A DNA stretch of 64,000 nt from an uncultured delta proteobacterium. Its GTDB lineage: Bacteria; Desulfobacterota; Binatia; UBA9968. The stretch is taken from the NCBI GenBank assembly GCA_963771465.1, contig CAVYTU010000004.1:1-64000 (forward strand). The letters are read 5' to 3'. Of the stretch, positions 39,586 through 50,496 are shown piece by piece (the first letter of the stretch is position 1; each line of letters begins with the position of its first letter). The notes beneath the pieces were generated by a model that was not told where the DNA came from, made no database searches, and was given only the letters and a program-made list of their open reading frames with translations. Both the position numbers and the translations under genes were made by a program.

Positions 39586-40527
39586 TCAAGCTTTGAGCGA
39601 ACAGATCCATTGCCACTCCGCCGCCAAACCCTGCTCCAAACCAACTTGTGGGTCATAGCCCAACTTGTTCCTCGCCTGCTCAAGCCGCGCGCTGGTGTGG
39701 CGCACGTCGCCGAGCTGGCGATCCAATCGTTTGAGCTTGGCCTGACGTCCGGAAACTTTCTCAACTAATCTGATCGCATCCAGTAGCGAAACCTCCGAGC
39801 CACCGCCGAGATTGAAAATCTCGCCCTGGCCAGGATAAAGCGCGGCAGCGACGATACCGTCGACGATATCGGCGCAGTAGGTAAAATCGCGGGTTTGCTC
39901 GCCGTCGTCGTAAAGTGGCACTTCGTCGCCGCGCAGCAGTGCGCCCATGAGAATATGAAAGAACATATCAGGCCGTTGGCGCGGTCCATAGACAGTAAAG
40001 AATCGTAGCGCCACCGTCGGCACGCCGAAAGCCCTACAGTAGAGATGACAGAGATGTTCCGCGGCGAGCTTGGTTGCGCCGTAGGGTGACACCGGTCGGG
40101 TGCCGCCTTCCTCGCGCATCGGCAGATCGTTCGTATCGCCGTACACCGATGAGGTCGACGCGTAGACGAATTTGCTGAGCGTGGCGCCCTTCGCCGCCTC
40201 GAGCAGCAGCTGGGTCGCCGCGATGTTATTTTCCGTGTACCGGCTAAACTCTTTGCCCCAGCTCGAGCGCACACCGGGTTGACCGGCGAGATGGAAGACG
40301 TAGGAAAGGCCGCTCAATTGGGCCCGCAAGTCGAGTTCGAGCAGATTGCTTTCGATGAAAGTAAAATCGGCATGATCGATAAATCCCGCCAGATTCTGTT
40401 CTTTGAAACGGCGCGGGTAATTGTCGAGATAGCTGTCGACGCCGACGACTTGGTGTCCGGCCGCGAGAAGCTTCTCGGCCAAATGCGACCCGATAAATCC
40501 CGCAACCCCGGTGATCAGCGACTTCAT
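39586..40527 (-). CDS. NAD-dependent nucleotide-sugar epimerase/dehydratase (UDP-glucuronate/glucose 4-epimerase-like)
   Basis: GVAGFIG, HLAGQPGVR, YGATK, RFFTVYGPRQRPDM. Confidence 0.92.
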   Translation of the reverse strand: MKSLITGVAGFIGSHLAEKLLAAGHQVVGVDSYLDNYPRRFKEQNLAGFIDHADFTFIESNLLELDLRAQLSGLSYVFHLAGQPGVRSSWGKEFSRYTENNIAATQLLLEAAKGATLSKFVYASTSSVYGDTNDLPMREEGGTRPVSPYGATKLAAEHLCHLYCRAFGVPTVALRFFTVYGPRQRPDMFFHILMGALLRGDEVPLYDDGEQTRDFTYCADIVDGIVAAALYPGQGEIFNLGGGSEVSLLDAIRLVEKVSGRQAKLKRLDRQLGDVRHTSARLEQARNKLGYDPQVGLEQGLAAEWQWICSLKA

Positions 40528-41031
40528 GATTCCCTTGCTTCTAAGCGGCCGGCCCAGTTTGGCTGACGATCCATCGGGGCCGCCTGTAATAGATTATCGA
40601 GCGTCGGCTCTGCACCGGCGATGTCTGCGCTACCGACGGTCGTCGTTTGGCTAATCAACACACCCTGCGCGCCCACCCGCGCGGCAAGTTCCATGTCCCC
40701 AGCTTGATCACCGACGAGGTAAGAATTCTTCGGATTCAAGGGTCAGGTCCCGCGCGCGCGTTTTCTATGATCGCGGCATTGGGTTTGCGGCAGGCGCAGG
40801 CGACTTTGTAAGCGCCGATAGCAGCCGTCGGATGATGCGGACAGTAGTAGATCGCGTCCAACTCGGCGCCGTCGGCGCGAAGCGTTTCGCTGAGTAGCCG
40901 ATGAATCTCACGCAATCCCGCCTCGGTTAATTTTCCGGCCCCATCTGCTCGACTCGACACAGATAGTGAACATCGCGAATCAAGACCCCATCGCGGTCAA
41001 GAAATACCGCCGCGCCCGGCGCCGCTGTCAC
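40524..41031 (-). pseudogene. gmhB: Heptose-1,7-bisphosphate phosphatase GmhB, internal deletion plus frameshifts
   Basis: GTG 41031 gives AVFLDRDGVLIRDVHYL...stop; the usual VTNQSG segment is absent; YYCPHHP...CACRKP and SYLVGDQAGDM follow in other frames. Confidence 0.85.
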
Positions 41032-42116
41032 CTCGCCGCTCCACGCGCGTGTTCGAGCTTTTCGACGATGGCGCCGACTAACACGTCGCTATTCTCGACA
41101 GCCATGGCGACGCGCAACGCCAGAAGTTTATCTTTTGCGAACGGAAAACGACAGAGCTTGAGAACATCCTTTTCGGTTGTTACGACCAGATCGACAAGCC
41201 GCGCCATACGGCTAATCTGTTGCCAATCCCGCGCCGTGTAGAAGTGATGATCGGGAAATTCCAAGGTGTCGACGATTTCGCCTTCCCACTCATGGATTTG
41301 CCGATAAAGACCGCGTGGATCGGCGATCCCCGTGACGGTTAAAATCTTGCTGCGACAAAGCAAAGTCAAAGGAAATTCTCGAAGGCCTTGGTTGCTAACA
41401 CCGACCAAGGAGACCGGCGCGAGTGACGCCGTAAAAGACGACTCGGCATGATCGGCCGGAATAGCCGCGCGCCAGGCGCCGTTGCCACCGGTCGTCAACC
41501 AAAAATCGGCGCGCCGCAGATTGCGCTTCGGTTCGCGAAACGGCCCAGCCGGGAGCAGCCAGCCGGCGCTATCTTGGCCGAGGAGGAGCAGATCGACGTC
41601 CCGTTTAACTCGGCGATGCTGAAAGCCGTCGTCCAGAATAAAAACGTCGACATCCTGCTCGCGCAGCAATGACGCCGCCGCCTCGACGCGGTCCCGGCTA
41701 ACGCCGACGGTTTGGCCGTACAACCGCGCCATCATCAACGGTTCGTCGCCGGCGTTCTGTACCTCGCTGGTCGTGTCAAAACTTGATGTCACGGCGCCGT
41801 TTGGCCGAAGGATAACCGGCGCGTCGGCTTTGCGCTTATACCCGCGGCTCAAAATCCCGACTTTGAAACCGCGCCGAGTCAGCTCTTGCGACAGCCACAA
41901 ACAGGTCGGGGTTTTTCCCGTGCCACCCACCGTAAGATTGCCGACGCTGATCACCGGCCGGGACAACCGGACCGCTCTTAGCCAACCGCGGGCGAATAGG
42001 AAATTACGCAATTGGATAGCGACACGATAGATCGCCGCCGCCGGCAGCAACCCTATCCGCAATAATTTGCCGCCAACATCGCTGCTGTCCCAGACCTCGC
42101 GAATCGATAATTCCAT
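41028..42116 (-). CDS. lpxK: Tetraacyldisaccharide 4'-kinase
   Basis: VGNLTVGGTGKTP, SRGY, GDEP, DDGFQH, PDHH, TTEKD. Confidence 0.97.
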   Translation of the reverse strand: MELSIREVWDSSDVGGKLLRIGLLPAAAIYRVAIQLRNFLFARGWLRAVRLSRPVISVGNLTVGGTGKTPTCLWLSQELTRRGFKVGILSRGYKRKADAPVILRPNGAVTSSFDTTSEVQNAGDEPLMMARLYGQTVGVSRDRVEAAASLLREQDVDVFILDDGFQHRRVKRDVDLLLLGQDSAGWLLPAGPFREPKRNLRRADFWLTTGGNGAWRAAIPADHAESSFTASLAPVSLVGVSNQGLREFPLTLLCRSKILTVTGIADPRGLYRQIHEWEGEIVDTLEFPDHHFYTARDWQQISRMARLVDLVVTTEKDVLKLCRFPFAKDKLLALRVAMAVENSDVLVGAIVEKLEHARGAAR

Positions 42117-42176
42117 CGCCGTTAATCCTGGACTCGGCAGTTGAAGTAATTGCCCGGGGCGCAACTCATCCGGTAG

Positions 42177-43457
42177 TTAAAGATAGCGCTCCGCCAATTG
42201 CCAGTTGAGCGTGAGCGCATGCTGACTGGCACCGGCGAGCTCGGCCGCGGCCCGCCCCATCGACAGGCGTTCCGCAGTGTCGGCCAATAGACCCGTCATT
42301 GTTGTTGCCAATTCCTCGGCGCCACTCACCTCGACCGCCGCGCCGCATTGTTTCAACGCAGCGGCGACTGCGGCGAAGTTGTTCATGTGCGGGCCGAAAA
42401 GTATCGCCTTACCAAAGCGCGCCGGCTCCAGAACATTGTGGCCGCCCACCGGCACCAGACTGCCGCCGACAAAAGCGATATCCGCCAGAGCGTAAAAATC
42501 CACCAGCTCGCCGACGGTATCAAGCAATAAGATATCCTTGCTGAACCAGTCCGCTCGGTCGGTAGTGCTTTTCACTTGCAGGGTAAAACCGCTGCTGCGC
42601 AGGAGCCGCGCAACCTCGGCGAAACGTTCCGGGTGGCGCGGTGCGACGATCATTGACAAGCTGGGAAACTGCCGCCGCGCCAAGCGCAAGGCATCGAGCA
42701 AAATCGTTTCTTCGCCGTCGTGAGAGCTACCGGCAACGAGCCACAGTTTTTCGCCCGGCGCCGCGCCGGCGACAGCGTCACGGTTACCGTTTCGGCTCGG
42801 CGTCGCAAACTTCAAACTGCCCACCACCGAAACCTTTCGCGAATCGGCGCCGAGGGCGACGATGCGCTTGGCGTCCTCGGCGGTCTGCATGCCAATCGCG
42901 CTAAAGCAACCGAGCACGCGGCGAAAAAAACCTCGGTAACGGGCATAGCGTTTTTGTGACTTGGCCGATAACCGGCCGCTGAGCAACAACACCGGCGTAC
43001 CGCGGCGATAACTTTGGCGCAGCAAATTGGGCCAGATTTCCGTTTCAATGATCACCAGCAGCGCCGGATTGACCCGCCGGAGTGCACGGCGCACGATCCA
43101 GAAAAAATCACAAGGTAAAAAAATCACCGAATCGACCCCGGGGATTTGCTTGGCGATGCGATTTCCCGTGGCGGTAAACGTCGACAGGATAATTTTTTTT
43201 TCCGGTGCACGCGCCTTGAATGCGCTGATCAGCGGTTCAGCCGAACGCACTTCCCCCACCGAGGCGGCATGAATCCACACCGGTCGGTCGCTGGGCGATA
43301 AAGTTCCAATTTCGTGGGGATAAAAACCCAATCGCTGCCAGAGTCCATCCCGGTAACGCGAGCCCAGACAGGCGAGCAATGGTAAGACCGGCAGGCAGAG
43401 AACAAAGACTGCGCTGACAAAAACGTTGTACAATCCGTACCACACGAAGGAATTCAA
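42177..43457 (-). CDS. waaA: Kdo transferase
   Basis: WIHAASVGE, ETEIWPN, PRHPER, GGHNVLEP. Start approximate. Confidence 0.96.
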   Translation of the reverse strand: MNSFVWYGLYNVFVSAVFVLCLPVLPLLACLGSRYRDGLWQRLGFYPHEIGTLSPSDRPVWIHAASVGEVRSAEPLISAFKARAPEKKIILSTFTATGNRIAKQIPGVDSVIFLPCDFFWIVRRALRRVNPALLVIIETEIWPNLLRQSYRRGTPVLLLSGRLSAKSQKRYARYRGFFRRVLGCFSAIGMQTAEDAKRIVALGADSRKVSVVGSLKFATPSRNGNRDAVAGAAPGEKLWLVAGSSHDGEETILLDALRLARRQFPSLSMIVAPRHPERFAEVARLLRSSGFTLQVKSTTDRADWFSKDILLLDTVGELVDFYALADIAFVGGSLVPVGGHNVLEPARFGKAILFGPHMNNFAAVAAALKQCGAAVEVSGAEELATTMTGLLADTAERLSMGRAAAELAGASQHALTLNWQLAERYL

Positions 43458-43458
43458 G

Positions 43459-45213
43459 CTAGTGGACAATTTCCGCCGGGACGGTCTCACGATCTTCCAA
43501 CAACTGCATCGAGTACAGCCGGCTATATTCGCTCTTGCGCGCCAAGAGATCGTCGTGATTGCCTTCTTCCACGATCGTGCCGTCGACCATGACCAGAATT
43601 CGATCCGCTTTGCGGATCGTCGACAGCCGGTGGGCGATGACAATTGTCGTTCTTTGGTTGATCAGGTTTTCCAATGCCTGCTGCACCAGCCGTTCCGACT
43701 CCACGTCCAACGCCGACGTTGCTTCGTCAAGTATCAGGATCGGCGCGTTCTTGAGCAAAGCCCTAGCGATGGCCAAACGTTGGCGCTGGCCGCCGGAGAG
43801 TTGCATGCCCATCTCGCCGATCACGGAATCGTAGCCATTGGGCAGCGCTTGAATAAACTCATGGGCGTGAGCCGCTTGGGCAGCGGAGATGATCGAGTTC
43901 ATATCGCGGCTGGGATCGCCGTAAGCAATGTTGTTGCGCACCGTATCGTTAAACAAAAAGGTGTGCTGCGTGACAATGCCGATCTGCGCGCGCAGAGAAC
44001 CCACGGTGATGTCGCGAATATCGACGCCGTCGAGCAAAATCGCGCCTTCGTTGACGTCGTAAAAACGCGGGATCAAATCGGCCAGCGTGCTCTTGCCCAC
44101 GCCGCTCATGCCGACGATCGCGATCATCTGGCCGGCTTCCACGGTCAGATGGATGCCTTTTAAGACCGGCGTCTCAGCGTAGGCAAAGCTCACGTCGCGA
44201 AATTCGATGCTTTTCGAAAAACGCGGCGCGATACGGGCATTGCGCCGGTCTTGAATCTCCGGTGAGTCATCGAGAATCTCGAAGACCCGCTCGGCGCCGG
44301 CCAATCCTTGATGGATCGACGAGTAGGTTCGAGTCAACCCTTTGAACGGCGCGTACATGAGAAACATGGCGGCCATGAAGGCCATGAATTCGCCTTGCGT
44401 GCGCCCCCCATTGATGACGCTCCACCCGCCATACCAAACCACGCCGCCGATGCCGAATGACGCCAGTAGCTCCATCGCCGGCGCGACGATCGCTTTGGTC
44501 CGGGTGGCGCGTAGCGATTGCTTAAACAGCTGCCAATTCTCCGTCATGAAACGGTCGTCTTCATAGCGTTCCATGCCGAACGCCTTGACAATGCGATTTC
44601 CCTGGATACTTTCCTGCAACAGCGAGGTGAGCATGCCGGTACTGACCTGGCCGCGCCGGGTGAATTTTTTGATTTTCCGACTGAGCCGCATCACCGGCAG
44701 CACTGACGCCGGAAAGACGAAAAAAGCGATACAAGCCAACACCCAGTCCTTCATGAAGGCGACAACGATGAGCACCGCGAGCGATGTCACGTCTTTCATC
44801 ACCGATGCCAGAGCGTCGGTGATCGAGTAACGCATCAGCGAGACATCGCTATGAACCCTGGTAATCAGCGTGCCGGTGGGATTGCGATGAAAAAACGACA
44901 CGGAAAGCGATAGCAAGTGGCGGTTGAGGCTGTTTCTAACGTCGTTGATAATTCTCAGACCGACGTAATCATTGAGATAACTCGAGCCAAAATTCATAAA
45001 GCCGCGAAACGCGAAGATGCCGACCACGATAAACGGAATATAAAAAAGCGTGCTTTGATTCTTAGCCGCGAAAACGTCATCCATGATGCGCTGGATAAGA
45101 AAAGGCAGCACCCCGTCGGTGGCGCCAAAGCCGATCATGCAGAGCAGGCCCAAGGCAAAATAGGGCCAAATATAGGGTTTCAAATATTTTAATAGCCGGA
45201 GATAAGTCTTCAC
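43459..45213 (-). CDS. msbA: Lipid A flippase MsbA
   Basis: TM domain plus GMSGVGKS, LSGGQRQR, ILDEATS; lies between lpxB and waaA. Confidence 0.93.
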   Translation of the reverse strand: MKTYLRLLKYLKPYIWPYFALGLLCMIGFGATDGVLPFLIQRIMDDVFAAKNQSTLFYIPFIVVGIFAFRGFMNFGSSYLNDYVGLRIINDVRNSLNRHLLSLSVSFFHRNPTGTLITRVHSDVSLMRYSITDALASVMKDVTSLAVLIVVAFMKDWVLACIAFFVFPASVLPVMRLSRKIKKFTRRGQVSTGMLTSLLQESIQGNRIVKAFGMERYEDDRFMTENWQLFKQSLRATRTKAIVAPAMELLASFGIGGVVWYGGWSVINGGRTQGEFMAFMAAMFLMYAPFKGLTRTYSSIHQGLAGAERVFEILDDSPEIQDRRNARIAPRFSKSIEFRDVSFAYAETPVLKGIHLTVEAGQMIAIVGMSGVGKSTLADLIPRFYDVNEGAILLDGVDIRDITVGSLRAQIGIVTQHTFLFNDTVRNNIAYGDPSRDMNSIISAAQAAHAHEFIQALPNGYDSVIGEMGMQLSGGQRQRLAIARALLKNAPILILDEATSALDVESERLVQQALENLINQRTTIVIAHRLSTIRKADRILVMVDGTIVEEGNHDDLLARKSEYSRLYSMQLLEDRETVPAEIVH

Positions 45214-45235
45214 CTGGATTCACTCACGATCTAAT

Positions 45236-46375
45236 TCATCGCATCATGGTCATGGCTAGATCAGCAACCCGTCCCGCTGCGCCGGGGACGCCGAGCCGCT
45301 CGCGCAGCTTGGTTAGTTTTTCAGCGACGCCGCGGCGCAGTTTATCATCATCGAGCAAACGCCGGCTTTCGCGCACCAGTCGATCGACCGTCACATCGTT
45401 TTGGAACAGTTCCGGCACCACTCTTTCCTGGGCAACCAGATTCACCATGCCGAAGTGTTCGACCCGCACCAGAAGCATCGCCAACGCCCAGGTGAGCCAG
45501 GCCACGCGATAAACGATAATCATCGGTTTACCGAGTAGGCCGATTTCCAACGTCGCCGTGCCCGACGCCGTCCAGACCAGATCGGCCGCATTGATTGCGT
45601 TGTAATGATTATCGTCCACCACTAGGATGGCGCCGTTGGCCGGTCCCAAACGCGCCTCCAGATCGCTCATCTCGATGGTGCTCGCGCGCAGGCAAAAAAA
45701 TTGAATATTCATTTGCCGCTGCAACTGTAACGCTGCGTCGCGCATCACACCGAGATGGCGGCTCACCTCGCCAATCCGGCTACCCGGTAAGAGCGCAATG
45801 GTCAATTTTTTTGGGTCCAATCCGAGCCTCGTCAAGACGCTTTCACGGCTTTCAGTCACTTTCACGCTGTCGAGCAAAGGGTGGCTGACAAAGGTGGTAT
45901 TTACTCGATGGCGCCGGTAAAAAGCCTCTTCAAAGGGAAACACCACCGCCATATGATCGACTAAGCGGGCGATTATTTTTACCCGTCCTTTACGCCAGGC
46001 CCATATCTGCGGGCTGATGTAGTAAAGAACCGGAATGCCCAATGTTTTAGCGACCCGCGCCAAACGCAAATTAAAATCGGGAAAGTCGATCAACACCAAC
46101 AAATTCGGCCGCCGGCTGATCAATGCCTGCTTGAGCAGATGGTAGGCGCGCCACAACGTTTTCAATTTGCCGGCCAGTTCGGTGAAACCCATGCCGGTCA
46201 ATTGGGCGACATTGAACAACGGTTCAAAATCGCGGCGCTGAAGTTCCGCACCGGCCACGCCAAACACTTTCAAGGTCGCATCCCGTTGATGCAACGCGTC
46301 GACGAATTGCGCGCCATGAGCGTCACCCGACGCTTCGCCGACCACGAGCATAATCTGTTTGGGCGAATCTGCCAC
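45236..46375 (-). CDS. lpxB: Lipid-A-disaccharide synthase
   Basis: GEASGD, IDFPDFN, PQIWAWR, LPGSR, SGTATLE. Confidence 0.97.
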   Translation of the reverse strand: MADSPKQIMLVVGEASGDAHGAQFVDALHQRDATLKVFGVAGAELQRRDFEPLFNVAQLTGMGFTELAGKLKTLWRAYHLLKQALISRRPNLLVLIDFPDFNLRLARVAKTLGIPVLYYISPQIWAWRKGRVKIIARLVDHMAVVFPFEEAFYRRHRVNTTFVSHPLLDSVKVTESRESVLTRLGLDPKKLTIALLPGSRIGEVSRHLGVMRDAALQLQRQMNIQFFCLRASTIEMSDLEARLGPANGAILVVDDNHYNAINAADLVWTASGTATLEIGLLGKPMIIVYRVAWLTWALAMLLVRVEHFGMVNLVAQERVVPELFQNDVTVDRLVRESRRLLDDDKLRRGVAEKLTKLRERLGVPGAAGRVADLAMTMMR

Positions 46376-46397
46376 GGTGGGGAAATCACGGCGAGAC

Positions 46398-47327
46398 TCA
46401 AAGCTGTTTACTGATCAATGAGGCGATCTCCAGCGCGAGCAACGCTTCGGCGCCGCCGACCAAGGGCATCGTCCGAGCCGCCACGCAATCGAGAAAGGAA
46501 TCGATCTCATCGGCCAAAGCATCACCGTCCGTGATTTCGATATTCTCGGCGCGAATGTCGAGCCATCCGGCGCCGGGCGCCGGTTTGTGATAAATCTGTG
46601 CCCGGCGTTGATCGTAGTCGATCGAAATATAAGCATCGGACTGAAAAAAACGCACCTTGCGCTCCCGCTTGAGCGATACCCGACTTGAGGTCACGTTGGC
46701 GATGCAGCCGTTGGCAAAGGTGATACGCGCGTTGGCAATATCCGGCTTATCCGTAAGCACCGGCACACCGACGGCTTCGACGCGCACTACCGGCGAGCGT
46801 ACCAAACTCGCGATCACGTCGATATCATGAATCATCAGATCGAGAACGACGTCCACATCGGTGCCACGCTCGATAAACGGCGCCAAGCGATGGCACTCAA
46901 CGAACTTTGGACTTTTGACGACTCCTTCGAGACGGCGGATCGCCGGGTTGAAGCGTTCGAGATGACCGACTTGCAGGATGACGTTTTTCTGCTGCGCCGC
47001 CGCGACCAATTCGCGCGCCTCGTCAATTTCCGCGGTCAACGGTTTCTCCACCAAAATATCGATGCCGGCGTCGATAAAGTCGCGCGCCACCTGATAGTGA
47101 AAGCGCGTCGGCACGGCAATGCTGACGCATTTGACCCGGCCAAATAGCCCACGATAGTCGGTCGCCGCGCCGACGCCAACCGCGGCGCCAATTTCTTTTG
47201 CCCGAGCTTCGTCCGTGTCGACCACCGCAACCAGGTTTGCTTTTGCCGATGCGGCATATTTCTCGGCGTGGAACTTGCCGAGGTAGCCGACGCCGACAAC
47301 GCCGACGTTGATTGCGCTATCGCTCAT
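46398..47327 (-). CDS. Gfo/Idh/MocA oxidoreductase, GnnA-like
   Basis: GVGYLG, EKP, VGHLERFN, DLMIHDID; located between lpxA/lpxI and lpxB. Confidence 0.85.
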   Translation of the reverse strand: MSDSAINVGVVGVGYLGKFHAEKYAASAKANLVAVVDTDEARAKEIGAAVGVGAATDYRGLFGRVKCVSIAVPTRFHYQVARDFIDAGIDILVEKPLTAEIDEARELVAAAQQKNVILQVGHLERFNPAIRRLEGVVKSPKFVECHRLAPFIERGTDVDVVLDLMIHDIDVIASLVRSPVVRVEAVGVPVLTDKPDIANARITFANGCIANVTSSRVSLKRERKVRFFQSDAYISIDYDQRRAQIYHKPAPGAGWLDIRAENIEITDGDALADEIDSFLDCVAARTMPLVGGAEALLALEIASLISKQL

Positions 47328-47333
47328 GGCTGA

Positions 47334-48146
47334 TTATGAATCTGCGCTCACGCCGACGACGGCGATGCCGTAATCGTCGGCTTGGCGGAGTAAAGCTTCT
47401 TTCTCCAATAATATAGTCTTGCCGGCTTCCAGCGCCAACACGGTCGCGCCGCAGTCGTGCAGCCGTACGATTGTCTCCACACCGACGGCGGGCACGTCGA
47501 AACGAAGATCCTGCTCGGGCTTACTGACCTTGACGACGACGCATCCCGACTTGGCGAGCGCTCCGGCGCGCTCGATGGCGGCGTCGGTTCCCTCCACGGC
47601 TTCGACGGCAATGACCATTTGATTCTTGACGACAACGGTCTGGCCGATACCCAGACGGCCGATCTCTTTGGCGCTCCTAAAGCCGAGCCGAATATCGTCC
47701 CACTCGCGGGTCGACGGCACACGCTTGGTCAACACCCCGCCCGCGCAGATGATTTGCGGCACGCACAGTGTCGAATCGAGAATTTTAATGCCGTCCAAAG
47801 CTAACTCATCGGCGATCCCGCGTAACAAGGCGTCGTCCTCGCGGCTTTTGAGCTTGGCTAAAAAGCGCACGCCACGAAGATCCGGACGAAAATTGCCAAA
47901 TAGTTTTATCTTGCGAATGCCCCCCGCCATCACCGCCTCGCTGACCGCGTTGCGTTGAAACAACCGAATCATTTTTCCGAGCTGCCCGACATAAATCCAA
48001 TCGACCCGATCGGCGATGTTTTCAATCTCATCAGGAGTTTCTGATCGATGCGCCACCGCGATCACCGAATAACCGGCGCGCTTCGCCTCGGCGGCAAAAA
48101 TCAGCGGAAACTTGCCATTGCCCGCGATCAACCCTAATTTTTTCAC
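47334..48146 (-). CDS. lpxI: UDP-2,3-diacylglucosamine pyrophosphatase LpxI
   Basis: LIAGNGKFP, IGQTVVV, EAVEGTD, QDLRFDVP. Confidence 0.95.
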   Translation of the reverse strand: MKKLGLIAGNGKFPLIFAAEAKRAGYSVIAVAHRSETPDEIENIADRVDWIYVGQLGKMIRLFQRNAVSEAVMAGGIRKIKLFGNFRPDLRGVRFLAKLKSREDDALLRGIADELALDGIKILDSTLCVPQIICAGGVLTKRVPSTREWDDIRLGFRSAKEIGRLGIGQTVVVKNQMVIAVEAVEGTDAAIERAGALAKSGCVVVKVSKPEQDLRFDVPAVGVETIVRLHDCGATVLALEAGKTILLEKEALLRQADDYGIAVVGVSADS

Positions 48147-48192
48147 GACGGTTCAGAGCTAAAAACAAGCTGACGGCTAGAGGATGCCAAAG

Positions 48193-48969
48193 TTAGCGGC
48201 AAACTCCACGCTGGGACGCCGCAATGAACGAAACGAATTTCTCGACCTCGGCAATGGCCGGCAATTCTTGGCGAACCTTTTTAAGTGCGTCATCGGTCTT
48301 GAGCTTGGATTGAAAGCAAATCCGATAGGCTTTACGAATCGAGTCAATGATCGTTTTATCGAAGCCGCGCCGTTTGAGCCCTTCAACATTGAGCCCGTGC
48401 AGTCTGGCGCGGTCGCCGGTAGCATTGCAGTAAGGTGGCACGTCCTTGGAGACCATCGAGCCGGCGCCCAAGATCGCGCCGGTGCCGATACGGACGAACT
48501 GATGAACCCCGACCAGACCGCCAACGATGACGAAATCTTCAACGATCACATGGCCGCCCAACGTCGCGCCGTTGGCGATGACGTTGCGGTTGCCGACGAT
48601 GCAGTCGTGCGCGATGTGGCAATACATCATGAGTAAATTCTGATCGCCGACCCGGGTCACCATGCCGCCGCCGCTGGTGCCAGGATTGAGTGAGACATAT
48701 TCTCGTATGGTATTGCGATTGCCGATGATCAGTTCGCTCGGCTCGCCTTTGTATTTTAAATCTTGCGGTGCAGAACCCACCGTGGCGAATGGGTAAACGA
48801 TATTCGCCTCGCCTAAAATCGTCCGTCCTTGGATGACAACGTGGCTATGAATCTTGCTGCCTTTGCCGATTCTGACGCCAGCGCCGATGATTGAATACGC
48901 GCCAACCTCAACTCCGGTCTCAAGGGCGGCCTGGGTATCGATGATCGCGGTAGGATGGATGTGTTTCAT
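48193..48969 (-). CDS. lpxA: UDP-GlcNAc acyltransferase
   Basis: IHPTA, PQDLKY, HIAHDC, VHQF, hexapeptide repeats. Confidence 0.98.
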   Translation of the reverse strand: MKHIHPTAIIDTQAALETGVEVGAYSIIGAGVRIGKGSKIHSHVVIQGRTILGEANIVYPFATVGSAPQDLKYKGEPSELIIGNRNTIREYVSLNPGTSGGGMVTRVGDQNLLMMYCHIAHDCIVGNRNVIANGATLGGHVIVEDFVIVGGLVGVHQFVRIGTGAILGAGSMVSKDVPPYCNATGDRARLHGLNVEGLKRRGFDKTIIDSIRKAYRICFQSKLKTDDALKKVRQELPAIAEVEKFVSFIAASQRGVCR

Positions 48970-48982
48970 GGCCCGTCAAAGA

Positions 48983-49420
48983 TTAAGACATCTCGATTTC
49001 CATGGCTGAGATCTCTGCCTGAGCTGCGAGCTTACCATCAACCAAGGCCATGCCGTGCAACTTCCAGAACGGGCCGCGCCGTTTGACGCAGGTAATTTCG
49101 ATGCGCAACTGGTCGCCCGGCTCCACCGGTTTTTTGAATTTGACTTTATCGAGGCCGGTCAACACGAAGACTTTGTTTTCCTCCATACCACCGCGCGCAT
49201 TATGGGCGAAGATCGCGCCGACCTGAGCCATCGCTTCGCAAATCAGCACCCCTGGCATCACCGGCTTATTGGGGAAATGGCCCTCAAAGAAATTTTCGTT
49301 GAACGAAACATTCTTGATGCCGACAATTTTTTTATCGCCGTCGATCTCCAAGATTCGGTCGACCAACAAGAACGGATAACGGTGCGGCAAAAACTTTAAG
49401 ATTTCCCGTGCGTCCATCAT
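48983..49420 (-). CDS. fabZ: 3-hydroxyacyl-ACP dehydratase
   Basis: [28 protein letters not shown]. Confidence 0.98.
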   Translation of the reverse strand: MMDAREILKFLPHRYPFLLVDRILEIDGDKKIVGIKNVSFNENFFEGHFPNKPVMPGVLICEAMAQVGAIFAHNARGGMEENKVFVLTGLDKVKFKKPVEPGDQLRIEITCVKRRGPFWKLHGMALVDGKLAAQAEISAMEIEMS

Positions 49421-49425
49421 CGCCG

Positions 49426-50496
49426 TCAGTCTCCACTTCGGTCCTTCTTGCTCGATGTAATCAGCCGCGCCAGCTGTTTTTCTAAATTGTGCACTGTACT
49501 CCACAACTTGGGCAGCTGGGGCAGCAGCACCATCACTTTGAGCCACTCACGATGCGGGGCCGCGGTGAGGCCGCTCGATAAGAGCGCGCCTGCGGGCACC
49601 GATTGGCCAACGCCGGACTGCGGTCCGATCGTCGCCCCGTCGCCGATCTCAATATGATTCACCACGCCCACCTGGCCCGCCAGCGTGACGTTTCTGCCAA
49701 GCCGCGTGCTGCCGGCGATGCCCGCCTGAGCTGCGACCACCGAGTGCTCGCCGATCGTCACATTGTGGGCGATCTGCACCAAGTTATCGATCTTGGCGCC
49801 GCGGCCGATCACGGTTTGGCCGAGGGTGGCGCGGTCCACCGTGGTGTTCGCGCCGATCTCGACATCGTCTTCGACGACAACGATGCCCACCTGGGGAATT
49901 TTTACTTTACCGGCACCCGCTCCGGCATAGCCGAAACCATCGCTGCCGATCACAACACCGGCGTGTAGAATCACCCGTTCGCCCACACGGCAGCCGTCGC
50001 GAACGACGACGTTGGGGTGAAGCATCGAAGCGGCGCCGATCTCTACATCAGCGCCGATATATACGCCGGGGAAAAGCACGGCGTCCGGGCCAATATGCGC
50101 TCGCGCGCCGATATAAACATTGGGGAAGACCGTCACGCCCGGCGCGATAACCGCGCTGCTATCAATATGAGTCGCGACGCAAATAGTGCGACTGTAGGTT
50201 GGCGCGGGTGATAGCAGCTGGAGAATTTTTGCGAAGGCGATGTAGGGATCCGCGGTCTCAAGATAGTTGAGCGCGGCGCTTGAGTCGCTTTGGCTCACTA
50301 CACCGGGGGCGACAATGATCGCGCTAGCGCGACACTGGGGCAGCAAGCGTTGATAGCGCGGGTTGGTAAGGAAACTGATTTCGCCGGGACCTGCCCGATC
50401 GATCGCGCTGACCTTATGAATGACGACACTTCCGTCGCCGATAACTTTGCCACCGACATGACTGGCGAGATCGCTCAGCGTCCGAGGAATCACCAC
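49426..50496 (-). CDS. lpxD: UDP-3-O-acylglucosamine N-acyltransferase
   Basis: [28 protein letters not shown]. Confidence 0.98.
   Translation of the reverse strand: MVIPRTLSDLASHVGGKVIGDGSVVIHKVSAIDRAGPGEISFLTNPRYQRLLPQCRASAIIVAPGVVSQSDSSAALNYLETADPYIAFAKILQLLSPAPTYSRTICVATHIDSSAVIAPGVTVFPNVYIGARAHIGPDAVLFPGVYIGADVEIGAASMLHPNVVVRDGCRVGERVILHAGVVIGSDGFGYAGAGAGKVKIPQVGIVVVEDDVEIGANTTVDRATLGQTVIGRGAKIDNLVQIAHNVTIGEHSVVAAQAGIAGSTRLGRNVTLAGQVGVVNHIEIGDGATIGPQSGVGQSVPAGALLSSGLTAAPHREWLKVMVLLPQLPKLWSTVHNLEKQLARLITSSKKDRSGD

Noticed and set aside
39586-40527. Epimerase as hldD
   Set aside because: Its motifs (GQPGVR, RPDM) fit UDP-glucuronate/glucose epimerases better.
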